From contig CATNEN010000003.1 of NCBI GenBank assembly GCA_950097015.1, positions 7,192,001-7,256,000 on the forward strand: DNA of 64,000 nt. Reading direction: 5' to 3'. The DNA is from Macrostomum hystrix (lineage: Eukaryota; Animalia; Platyhelminthes). Below, piece by piece: positions 43,446 through 54,545 of this stretch (the stretch's first letter is position 1; the number at the start of each line of letters is the position of its first letter). Made by a program: the position numbers and the translations under genes. The notes under the pieces are model-generated. The model ran no database searches. It was not told the DNA's origin and saw only the letters and a program-made list of their open reading frames with translations.

Positions 43446-46400
43446 TTTTCTATGAGAAACTCAGCTTTGCTATGATTTATGATATTTTATTTACGAAATG
43501 AAAAAATAAATTAAAATAATCTTTAATCACTACTGGCTGAAAGTTAGTCTAAATGATTTGACGCAGTGCAGAATCGAACCCTAGCCTAGACTAACCTATT
43601 CCTAGTGCCTACACATCGGCTATTCCGACTGTTGGTTAGTGGGTGCAGAAATCAGCCTTATAAAATGAATTCTCAAAGTTCTGGCTTTGTACAATGAAGT
43701 AAGAAAATAGACTACACTCAGTCTCGCGGTTGGTTGTGTACATTTATTTCAAATTTGTCTCCAGAGTGCAGGCTTCTAACTCAGTCAGCGAGGGGGTGTT
43801 GCGCAATTTGACGATGCAATTCCAATTCAGCGGCAGTGAGTAAAATTCTCAATAGGCCAAGATGGTTTGACCTTTGAAAAAGGTCATGTTTTTCGAATAT
43901 TTAATCCCCTTAGCAATAAAGTTAAGCTTAATAAAAATACGTGTATAATTGTCCCCATATTTGGCATCTTTTGGTGAAGAAATGGTGAAAATCGGTTGAG
44001 CCGTTCGGAAGAAAATCAATTACAACCAACCAACCAACCAACCAACCAACCAACCAAGCATTTCATTTTTAGTATAGTGGATTCTACTACCTTATAAATA
44101 CTTGTTTTACAATATATTGTATGCTACAAGTACAAGTTTTACTTGTAAATAATTCAATTGTTACATAGACCTATTTTACATTGTAAGTGTAAGCTTATAG
44201 TTTTCTTTTAAATACTAACTGATGTATAGTATTTGAATAATATTTTATTATTCAAACATTATTTACTTATAGAAGGCGTAGATAATTAAGCAGAAGTGTT
44301 TATGTATTAGGGTAATGTATCATCAACTGAAAAGTGTATCTTCAAAACCGAACAAGAATTTTGACTCCTTCCTTGGTCTCATGCAAGACAGAAACAAGCT
44401 ATTGTGTTTCACAGAACAACTAATTTGAAAGTTGAAGAAATTATACGTTGGCGACATTTTACCGCGCGGTAAAAACCGCTAACTTTACCGCATAGTAATG
44501 TCAACACATTACACATTGTGAAATTATCTACAATCTGAGGCATGATGTGCAATGAAGCATTAAGAGGAAAGAAAGATATTGATGTTTCAGTAGAAATTTT
44601 TATTGCAAAAGCATACTTTTTAACAACATTTTTCCAGTATGTACTTTAGACAAAGATTGTATGTGGTTGCTTGCCAATTAAATGACCATAAATGTAGTTA
44701 TTTATAGAGCATGAAAAATGCTTTCAAATGACATTATTCATGATAGTTCACTCCTTAAAATAAGATTAAACCACTCACTCAAATTGTAAAACCAAACATC
44801 GAATTCTCTGTTTGGTTTGAAGATACATGAAAATCATTGTTCAGTTTTAGATAAAAAGCAAGAATAACTTTTTTTCTATTTGATAAAATAGCAAAAGCAG
44901 ATACTTTTTAGAAAGATGTAACTGTTTTCTATAACTTGGCTTTTGATTTATCATCATATCTTAAATAGAAAATCTGTAGCTTAGGTTTGAAGTAAAAAAA
45001 ATACACATTCTTGTTTGGTTGATGATACATTACCCTAAACAAGATTCTTAGCAGTTTAATGCAATAATGCAGTTTTTTGATTGATAGTTGCTAAATTTTT
45101 ACCAAAGCAAAGCTCTTGAAATGCACCATTTGCATTTTTGCAATTAATTGCCTTTTGGCGATTTATAGTGCAATTTGGGCTGCAATGGCTGCAGAATTAT
45201 TATAAGCAAAGCACTTACAAAACAAACCATTTGCCTGTTTGGCAATTAACTGCCTTTAGGCAATAACTACTGTGAGATTAGTTAAATGCTCAATGCTTTT
45301 TGTTTTAGGCATGGCAGTACTTTTCTCTCAACATTGATTTGGATATTGATTGATTTATTTGATTTGTTTTGCATTTTTAAAGCTACTATGTCTAATTATG
45401 GACTTAGCTAAATAATTAGCCTAGGCCTAGGCCCTACCTAATGTTGGGTAACTTGTATTGAATGGCAAAGCATTTCACTGCAAAGGCATATCTTGTGATT
45501 TCACATGGGTGTTAAAATATACATTTAAAATGCTTAATTTATTGGAAAATCTCATTTTAATATAAAGACACAGTGAACAGAATCCGAGTATTAAAAAGTT
45601 TTTAAAACCTAACTATGTTGTTAATTATAAGACTTTTTTTACAGAAATTTTCAATTTATTAAGGTAGCATGTTCACTTTCAACTTTGTAAATTTATTACC
45701 ATTGTTAGCTATTCTACTTAGCCCATTTGTAGAATAACTAATAAACAATATTTAGTTTTTTTAATCTAATTTTAAATATATAAATTATTATTTAGTATTT
45801 TTCTACCAATAGCATAAATTGTATTGTTCAGATTTTCTTTTTAGAATTCCTAACCCAAATATACAGAATGTCCAAGATTTTCTATTATGAGTATTATTTA
45901 TTGGACTTTAGTATATGATGTTAATTCATGTGGCTCACTTTGATTTTTAAGTCTATTTAATAGAACTTTGTGATAAAAAATTAATGAATGGTAAATTATA
46001 ATTAATTAGTCACACAGGACATCTGTAACTAAAAAAACTTAGCATCTAAGTAGTTTACAATATTTTAGCATTTTTAGGGTCTTTTGTGTTGCAAAACTGT
46101 TTGCTTTCTACAGTATTTGGTTTAGGGCTGCATCTATAATTGGAAACAATAAGCTTCTGGATATCTACATTTCAGGCTTCAAAACATTATTATTTTTTAT
46201 CGGCGGCAAAACTATAAGACACAGCTCAAATACTACAGTGGCAGTGGCAGAGGTCGCAGCGGTGGCAGTGATCGCGGATGTGGCAGAGGCGGAGGCACTT
46301 GCTTTTGCAACAAAGGGGCGGCTACTGCTAGCGTGGCGAGTGATTTTTGCAACCCAAACCAAGGGGCGGCTGCTACGATCGCTAACAATATTGAGAGGGG

Positions 46401-47508
46401 GCTGGTCGGGAAGTCCAGTAGCTGCTGCTGCAGCTGACTGCTAAACCGGGCTTCATCTCGCTGCTTTTATATATTTTTTGTTAATTAAAAGTAAAGTACT
46501 TGTCTTCGTTCCTCGAACCCAGTTTCTGTTTAAGGCAGTGTTTTCACAGTGTACTCTTTGAGCACTCTTAAGTACTCGTACTCTGGTACTCTTTAAGGGC
46601 GTAGCAATAGAGTACTCTGGTATTCATTTAAAGTGCGTACTTTGAAGTGGGCGAGTACTTTTTAAAGTGCAATGCATTTCAGTCTGTCATCATCAATCCT
46701 AATTTTGTACTATATGAAAGTGTCAATAATCGCTGGTACATTAGTACATTCTCGCAACGTAAAATTAGTAGATTTATTATATGCATTTTAAAGATACGTT
46801 GCTTAGGAAATAACAGATGTTATCAGTCCCATTAATTATACCCTACGTACTGAAGTAACACAACATAATATATATAGTAACGTGGCTTGATGGCACCGCT
46901 CATGTGTGTGTCTGCCCATTCGTGTTGTTGCATGTACAAAACAAGTGCTGTTTGGATAAATCTTTCCTTTAATTATGTTTTACGTTTTTTGACAGATGGG
47001 CATTGATAAATAGGTAGATAGATCTCATACTGTCTCTCTCACTCTCCGATTCTCCGCGCTCCCTCCCGCTGTTTTAATTTTGTTTATTTTGTTCCCTAAT
47101 AAAAACAAAAATTCAGCCTCTCCCTCCATATGTGGATCCCACATTCGGCTGTCAGTCAGTCAAGGAGATATTAGCGCTCATCAAGATTTTGATACAGGAG
47201 TCAATGATGCAGTAGTCTGCTCTATTAAAGTGCTTCAGTGAGTATCCTCAGTACAAAGGCCGCTAATGAATATTTATTAAGTTTTTTGTTCATTTTATTG
47301 GGTGACATGATCAGAAGTAAAAAATAATTTCGAAATATTGAGCAATTAATGCACTTCGACCTGCTAAGGTGGCACACCTTCAATCTAGTACATAATTAGG
47401 AAATTAAGCATGTAATCAACGCATAGAGTAATATTGCAGGGGCGCCTTCAACAAGTGACAACGTCACAACGCTTTCAAATGTGAGAGGATCGAGCTGGTA
47501 GCATCGGA

Positions 47509-47573
47509 GCATCAGCGAGCCAAACGATTTCGATAAGCGTGAAAATGTGGCTTCCCGATAGTCCATCGCTTAC
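47509..47573 (+). pseudogene. Isolated fragment of the C-type lectin EPN region
   Basis: cagcgagccaaacgatttcgataagcgtgaaaatgtgg...cgatagtccatcgcttac matches ~18082-18147. Confidence 0.75.
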
Positions 47574-48611
47574 ACAGACTTGTGTGCCCCACCTAGTCAA
47601 TTTTAGAGTTGGCGAAATTAAGCAATTCAGGTTAATAAATGTCGATAGTTAGCGATAGAACTCGTAGTTAGCGATATTTAATATCAATTAACAATAACAG
47701 CCTGCAGTCATGTATGGCAATCCACGGCAACTTTGTAAATCTTCATACTCCACGCAGTTATCTCGGAGCTTTAAATTGGTCGGAGTGGACTTAATGCAAC
47801 TATAACTGACGAACTTGTAAGTAGTAAAGTACGAGTAGTAAGAGTGCTTTTTAGTATTACGATGTGCATATAGTTTGTCTCAGAAAATGCGCTAACTTTA
47901 TCTAAGACTTCATCCAAATTATTGTCTGCGCGGTTGAGAATTTTGGTTTTTAGCAATGAAGAGTCGCAGACAGTATCTCGATAATTTAATTTATTTATAA
48001 AAGTTTTACACGCGGATGCGAATTCGGAAGGTGCAGCTATAAATGAGATTTTTAGTTTATTAGAACATTTACATTTAGTCAGTTTATAAAATAAAATAAT
48101 GAATATTCGAAGCGATTAGTAAAATATATTATCTAGAAAAAATAATTAATAAAAAATTGATGAAAAAACTGCCGATAGGCGTACGAGTTAACCACAAATG
48201 ATTTTTACGTTAAAGTAAAACATATATATACGCTTAAATGAAAAATTTACACTTCAATTTATTATATCTTTGATAAATGGAGGCGCAACACAAAATATAT
48301 TCAATTTAGAAATAAAAATGGGTAAAGTTACTCGCATTCAACAAAAAAAAATATAATTTTGTTGTTTCGGTATTATCTACTCGCTAAATCTATATAAGTC
48401 AACAATATTCGAGCTACTTTTGTGTTCGTGTGTGAGCAAAAAACTGTTTGCGAATTAAATGTAAAAGGTGTGCGCTACAAATTTAGGTGATTTGTGGCTT
48501 TGTGGAGTAAGTAAAACCGCATTCCAAAAAATCAAAGTTTTCAAATTCAACCCAGTCGTTTCAGTTACAGATCGTGTCTACCGGTAGGCAGACGTTTTGC
48601 TCGCTGCCAAT

Positions 48612-49520
48612 TTAGCGGGAGAGCAAATGAGCAGCTCCAGCAATCGGACTGGCGGCGATCGCTCCCAAAGCGCTGCCAACACCAGACAAGAATTCAGTCA
48701 CTGGTCCGTAGCCAGCGTGGTGAGTATTGGCAGAGTTGTCACGTCGCTGTAGCTCACTTTTCATGGCTTTCAATTCAGCAGTTGCCGAGATCAAGTCAAT
48801 TCTCAGTTGATTTTCAGCCCGCTGCTTCTCCCTCTCCATTCTCTCGGTTTCTTCCTTCTCGTGCTTCCGCTGCTCCGTCTGCTTGTCGAGGTCGCTCTGC
48901 TCGTACTTCTTCGGGTTAAGCCGGCCGACCTCGTCCACCAGACTCAGCAGAGCGACCACCTGCTTCTCCGTGAACTCTTCATCGCATTTCTTTCCGGAAT
49001 CCAACAAGACGAAACGATTTCCAAACTTGTTCATCATCTCGTCCAGTCCAGGAATCGCGGATCGGCTTTCCTTCAGCTCTTTCTTAAACATGTCCACATC
49101 ATTGTCGTAGTGGTCTCCATGGCTGAAGACAACGATGGCCCTCTTGAAGGCCTCGGGTCCGAACACTTCCACGGCGTCCTTCAGAGCGCGACACTCTTCG
49201 TCAGTGAATCTGCAGTCTCCGCGAATCACGAGCAGAAACGCATCAACTCCGTTCGGGCATGTGTTCAGGGCGTGAAGCAGCTCCGCCTGAGGCATGGTCG
49301 GGTCCTTGACGTCCATCGTGCCGGGCGTGTCGACCACCAACAGGTTGCGACCTCGAATGAACTTCATCTGTCCCTGGCACTGTGAGGTCTCCGATTTCAT
49401 GCCTCTGCCAACAGCAAAGTCGTTGGAGCGGAATAATTTATTGGCAGTGGAACTCTTTCCACTTCCCGTCTTGCTCATGAGTACCACGGTAGTCAGCGGG
49501 GCCGTTTTCGAGTGAGACAT
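48612..49520 (-). CDS. AIG1-type GTPase (GIMAP/IAN family), intronless, ~302 aa
   Basis: G1 SKTGSGKSS, G2 SET, G3 VVDTPG, GVDAFLLVIRGDCRFTDEE, IVVFSHGD, coiled coil and hydrophobic C-terminus. ATG at 49520; CTATAAA on minus at ~49640. Confidence 0.9.
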   Translation of the reverse strand: MSHSKTAPLTTVVLMSKTGSGKSSTANKLFRSNDFAVGRGMKSETSQCQGQMKFIRGRNLLVVDTPGTMDVKDPTMPQAELLHALNTCPNGVDAFLLVIRGDCRFTDEECRALKDAVEVFGPEAFKRAIVVFSHGDHYDNDVDMFKKELKESRSAIPGLDEMMNKFGNRFVLLDSGKKCDEEFTEKQVVALLSLVDEVGRLNPKKYEQSDLDKQTEQRKHEKEETERMEREKQRAENQLRIDLISATAELKAMKSELQRRDNSANTHHAGYGPVTEFLSGVGSALGAIAASPIAGAAHLLSR

Positions 49521-50879
49521 TGCGCTTGTCAGCAGCAGCACTTGAAATTGATGCCACAATGAACTGTGCTATTTTCTGCTGAATGCGAAAAGGTTTTCTT
49601 CGGCTTTGTCTGTATGCACAGCTAGAGACCTGCTTGCATTTATAGACACGAATATATGCATGGGGAACTTCCATTTTTTGTTTATTCATTAGTTAAATTC
49701 ATTACTTCTAAACAGCCAAATTACTGAACCATTTCAACTGGGAATTTAACAATAACAGTAGGCAATTTTCTATTTTCGTTTTTCTGTTTTTAAGTTGCAG
49801 CATCTTTGCATATGCTTATTTACGCACGGAGATATGTACATTGAAAAGGTACTGCATTGTGTTCTACCTTATAGTTTTCAAAAAGTATGTTTTCTAAATA
49901 GTGAATTTTCGTTAACCAGTCTGTGTACATTTAAATAGGCTATAGTTGTGGACAAAACAAGCACCCTAAATGAAGTTCCACTTTTCTTCGACTGCATGAG
50001 AACATATTATGGCTAGTTGCTTTACATTGGTAACCGAAACTCGAAAACAAAGTCTGCTTGATGAAAAGACAAGAAATAACAAGCATTTCCATGCCTGTCT
50101 GACAAAAATTCTGTCAGACGAGACAAGAGAAGCAAAGAGATTGTAAATAAAACAGTTTGAAATAGCGACTGCGATATAGGACACCCACGTCAGACACCAT
50201 TTTTCTTCTTTATGTAGTCTTGAGTTGCCACACGTCTAAGTCTGGTTGCCATGCCAGACTATGAATAAGGAATGTCGCGATGCTACTATACAACGTTCCC
50301 AATTTAATTTAAATACTTATACTGTGTCGTTTTGCTTTGCTTAAACTCCAAGTCAGCTACTAGCTTTGCATCCCGTTTTCGTGTCGGTCTTCCACCCTCT
50401 GTTGTGTCTATATTGTCTCGTGTCGTATAGCGCTAACGCGTTCAAATTTAGCATCAAGGTTCCAGAGCTCGAATTCTCTGCATTCATTTGACAGTTAATA
50501 AACAGCAAGGAAAAACCCGTTTCATTGAAAAAAAACTATACTTTTGGGTCTTTTCAGTGGTCCTCTCTGTTTTTTGTCGTAGCATTGCAGGTGTATCTTT
50601 TGTCGAGTTGGTCATGAAAGTGGATAAATCTTCTAGAAATTTATACCCTAGAAATATTTATTTTGTCTATGGCTATAGCTAGGCCCTAAAAGTCTGTTTT
50701 GTCTATGTGCCAATGCGAACCATGACGAAATATCAAACTCACTTTTTCTTGTGCCTAGCTATTGCCATTGACTAAAACGATGTAGCGAATAATTCACTAC
50801 ACCAGCCCTTTAGTTGAACCAAATCTACAGCTGACAGCACAGCTGCATCTACGCTCGTATTGCGCAGCGCATGTGAAAG

Positions 50880-51035
50880 CCTGTTCAGTCCATGGACTGG
50901 GGGGCCACTCGCCACACTCATCCTCAATTACCCCCAGCTGATGCTGGTACCCATTTAACAGCTGGGATGCATTGACTCAGCGCAGCGCAGCTAAACTCAG
51001 CGCAGAGTTTAGTGTCTTGCTAAAGTACACAATCT
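50880..51035 (-). mobile_element. SINE family B (CORE-like), copy 2
   Basis: Reverse-complement homology to 15445-15580 (agtccatggact, acccatttaacagctggg, agtgtcttgctaaag). Confidence 0.65.
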
Positions 51036-51399
51036 TTTCCGCTGATGTCTTCAAGTCGTGAGTACGACGGTCTATATCACCAGACTACAACTCCGATCCC
51101 TACTATTTGTCCTATGAAATAGTTAAAAGTTAGGTTACCGTTGTCTAAAATAGTATTTGCTTGATGAACTATGCATTACCTGCAAACAAAAAACAAAAAA
51201 CTCAATTCTAATACGCTCGTGTTTATAAGATTTGCGTCCATTCATTATCAAGTGTATTTGTCGAGTGTATTTATTTCTGTCAAGACTATGTGTCCATGCG
51301 AGCTAGTTATCAGCTTGACAAGGGAATTGCGAAATCTAGTAGGTAGTTAGTAGAAATCTAGTTAGTAGGAATCTCATTTTTCAGACCATGGGTTTTGGT

Positions 51400-51593
51400 G
51401 ACTCGAACAGCTGACTCGAACAGCTGACTCGAACAGCTGACTCGAACAGCTGACTCGAACAGCTGACTCGAACAGCTGACTCGAACAGCTGACTCGAACA
51501 GCTGACTCGAACAGCTGACTCGAACAGCTGACTCGAACAGCTGACTCGAACAGCTGACTCGAACAGCTGACTCGAACAGCTGACTCGAGCAGC
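51400..51593. repeat. 13-bp perfect minisatellite (GACTCGAACAGCT)n
   Basis: Directly visible. Confidence 0.95.
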
Positions 51594-51859
51594 TTTGAAA
51601 GTTAGTTCATCATTAAAATTTGATCCATATCTTGGACTTTTACGAAAAGCGGTAATTCGGCTTGGTAGCTGTCGTGAAGTAGGCAGTGGGTACTTAAAAT
51701 ATCCCCGTGGTCTGTCCCCAGGTGAAAGAATAGCGTGTCTTTTTACTGTTAAACAGTTTTCTTCGGTTTGAATCAGTTGAACGGTGACAAGCACTCGCAC
51801 AGTACGGATTTGACCAGTTCAGAGGCTTCGTAAATATCTGTTAGCGATTGAGTGAAATA

Positions 51860-52445
51860 GCTCACAATGACATTTTCATTGTTGTCTGCATTGTTTGGCT
51901 CACCGCTACCCCAGAGGCTGCCGTCCAGGGTGATGTTGCAGCCGACTCAGTACCAACCGCTGGCGGGCTCCGGGCTCATCGGTCGTTGAATGCCACCAAG
52001 AAAGAATATCTTACCAGAGCTGTGCAATCTGTTGATCGAATCAATATTTCTCATCTCATCGGTGTTGGTAACATCGGCCATGATCACCAGACCGCTCTCC
52101 GACTTGCACTTCTGCCTGCCCTGGTGCCAGTTCCCAGTGCCAGAGTACAGCTTGTACTTCACTCCGCACAGGTCGTCTCCTTAGCCAGTCGGACACAGCT
52201 GGCCAGCCTCGAGTCCCGGCTGATGCTTCACAAACACCTGGCCTCTCCTGGAGCAGCTGCAGTCCCTCACCGACTTGCTGCACTTGTCGAACACGAACAG
52301 CTGACACGGACCGTCAGCCATGGTGAAGGCCTGGCAGCGCTGGTCGCTGCTGCACCAGTAGGCACACCTGGTCATTTTAGACTCACCCAAGAGGCCTTGA
52401 ACATAGCTTTTGTCAATGCACAAGTATCCTTCAATGTTTCGGTAC
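51860..52445 (-). pseudogene. C-type lectin pseudogene, paralog of 17453-18214
   Basis: Long near-identical blocks to the + strand gene; nonsense changes TAC>TAA (52181-52183) and TGG>TGA (51947-51949); no signal peptide found. Confidence 0.85.
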
Positions 52446-53145
52446 GTATACCATTGTGAGTTGCTAACTTCAAATAATATAGCTAACAGAATAGTAATAG
52501 AAATTCGCTCCTTTTTTATTTCCTAGGCATGGTAACTGACTTCTGAATTCGAAGCAAAATTTTTTTGCTTGCGTACTAGAGCAGTGTTTAGTTTTAATTT
52601 TTTCGTTGGTTGATAGCAGCGCCTTGATCCCTCCCTTCAGCAACTTTTTTAGCATCTTCTTCTTCTTCCCTATTGGCTCCAACTTTGGATTCGCTTATGA
52701 CGCTTTTGTATTTTATTTGCAGCTACTACTACAATTGCTAGTAGTAGTAGTACTAGTCGTACTCATTTGACAATTTTGAACGAAGTGTAAAAATTCGTAA
52801 TTGGCTACTTAGAAAAGTAGCGTACCAGAGTAATGAGCAATATTCTTTAACTCCAGAAACTAATTTAACTCCTTTGCTTGCTACACCCTACTTATTAACT
52901 TCGCAATTAATTGACAAAAACTGAAAACGTTTACCTAGGCGTAATGTTGGCCCTACATTCGAAACACTTGCAGACCCATCTAGTCTTTATTTAAGATTAG
53001 AACCAAATAGTGTACTCTTCGTTGTTAGATTTTTAATGCCATTTAAAACTGGTCTTTTGTATAATTTAACTGTTCATCATGAATAAAAATAGTTGTACTA
53101 ATACTGGACAATCTGTTTTTTTAATAATACTGATTAACTTATTCG

Positions 53146-53200
53146 ATCATTGGTAAACCTCACATCGCAGTGAAGCCACCAATAGGAAGGCATCGATTTC
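53146..53200 (-). pseudogene. Degenerate GIMAP fragment
   Basis: Minus strand reads IDAFLLV/(frameshift)LHCDVRFTND, matching IDAILLVLRCDVRFT and VDAFLLVIRGDCRFT of the neighbouring copies. Confidence 0.6.
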
Positions 53201-53691
53201 ATTCTCCCTGAATGATAGAAGGGGACAACAAACGACTTTGTGTTAGTTGACCACATTAAATAGGCCAATCGCCAATCATAGATGACGGGTCTTACTCGGG
53301 ACATCGGGCAACCGATGCGCAACTCTGCGGACACACGTCTCTGAGCTCATTCAACGACTAATTACTCGTACCATGCCAATTGTCATGCCTAGCAATGCTA
53401 CAGCGATAGGTCAGATCCGCTAGTGCGTGCCCATTGCCATTTCATGCGCAATTTTTTATGTCAAGCAGTCCGCCAAGTTTTTTTACTGTTTTCTTGAAGT
53501 TACGAGCACGAGTGTTTTACGATAGCGCGGAGTTCACTTTCGGTGCTTGTTTTGATGTACTATCATGGCTCAAAACAATTGCATATACGAGCGTATATAG
53601 TAGGTTCGTTCGCGTTCGCAGTAACTTTTCAAAGTTAAAAATAATTTTCTCGTTAATCGAGGCAAAACTGATAAAACAATCAGAACTGCAA

Positions 53692-54545
53692 ATGGCTGAA
53701 GGCGAGGAACCTATTCCTGACGAATCTTACATCACGATGGCGCTGTCAAGCAAAACCGGGCACGGCAAGAGCTCCCTGGGCAACGCGCTGTTCCAGAACG
53801 ATTCATCTTTCGTAATAAGCTCCAGGATGACCTTCGAGACGGATCCGTTTGTAAAAGAGTCAGTGGCTTTGCTGCTGGAAGGAATGTCACTATAGTTGAC
53901 ACGCCTGGTACAATGGATGTCCTTAACCCGGATGCTGCACTCAAAGAGCTGTGTCACATGATCACCTGCAGCCCTATCGGTATCGACGCAATTCTGTTGG
54001 TGCTTCGCTGCGATGTTAGATTTACCGCAGCAGAGCGGATGGCCTTCAAGCTGCTTGACAAAATGTTTGGAAAAGAGATCTTCGAGTTTAGCATCATTGT
54101 GTTCACGAATGGTGATTGCTTCGATAACAACGAAGAAGAGTTCAAGAAAGGCCTTGAATCAAGCAGAAGCAGTATCAGCTTTTTCAGTGACTGGCTGGAC
54201 AAGTGCGGAAATAGAATCATTTTAACGCCGATTCCGAGCCGCGACTCGAGACGGTCGTCACTGTTGACCGAGGTGTCACGCGACGTGGCCTACTGGCTCC
54301 GTTCACCCTGAGCGGCTGCATCGTGGTCGACGGTGCGTGCCGCACCGCTGGTCGCACGCCCTTCTATCGCCCGTCGGCGACTTCTGGCAGCTGGCTCCGT
54401 CAGTTGCCAAAAACTGGAACCGTTAGACGCTGTCACGACGGCGAAGAAAAGTCAGATTTTTCTGCAAGCACGTACTGCCATCGCTGCGCTGGCTCAAGGT
54501 GGACGGCTCCGAGATGGTCAAGCGAATTCCAGCCAATCGAGGCGT
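53692..54545 (+). pseudogene. AIG1/GIMAP GTPase pseudogene (frameshifted)
   Basis: ATG 53692; SSKTGHGKSS; frameshift at ~53850-53862, after which GRNVTIVDTPGTMDV...IDAILLVLRCDVRFT...IIVFTNGD resumes. A second disruption follows ~54225. Confidence 0.8.

Larger units (their letters stand above)
23295..44081 (-). mobile_element. Full-length, probably autonomous Helitron (~20.8 kb)
   Basis: Minus-strand 5' end A|TCCACTATACTAAAAATG followed by (TTGG)n at 44081. 3' end is a GC-rich hairpin TGCTCCCC-GAA-GGGGGGCA, then CTAG|T at 23295. Inserted in an AT dinucleotide with no TSD; intact RepHel gene inside. Confidence 0.88.

Noticed and set aside
46596-52891. AGGGCGTAGCAA / TTGCTACACCCTA as TIRs of a 6.3-kb element carrying GIMAP and lectin
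   Set aside because: The match is only ~12 bp and imperfect, and no TSD was found; more likely separate decayed MITE ends or chance.
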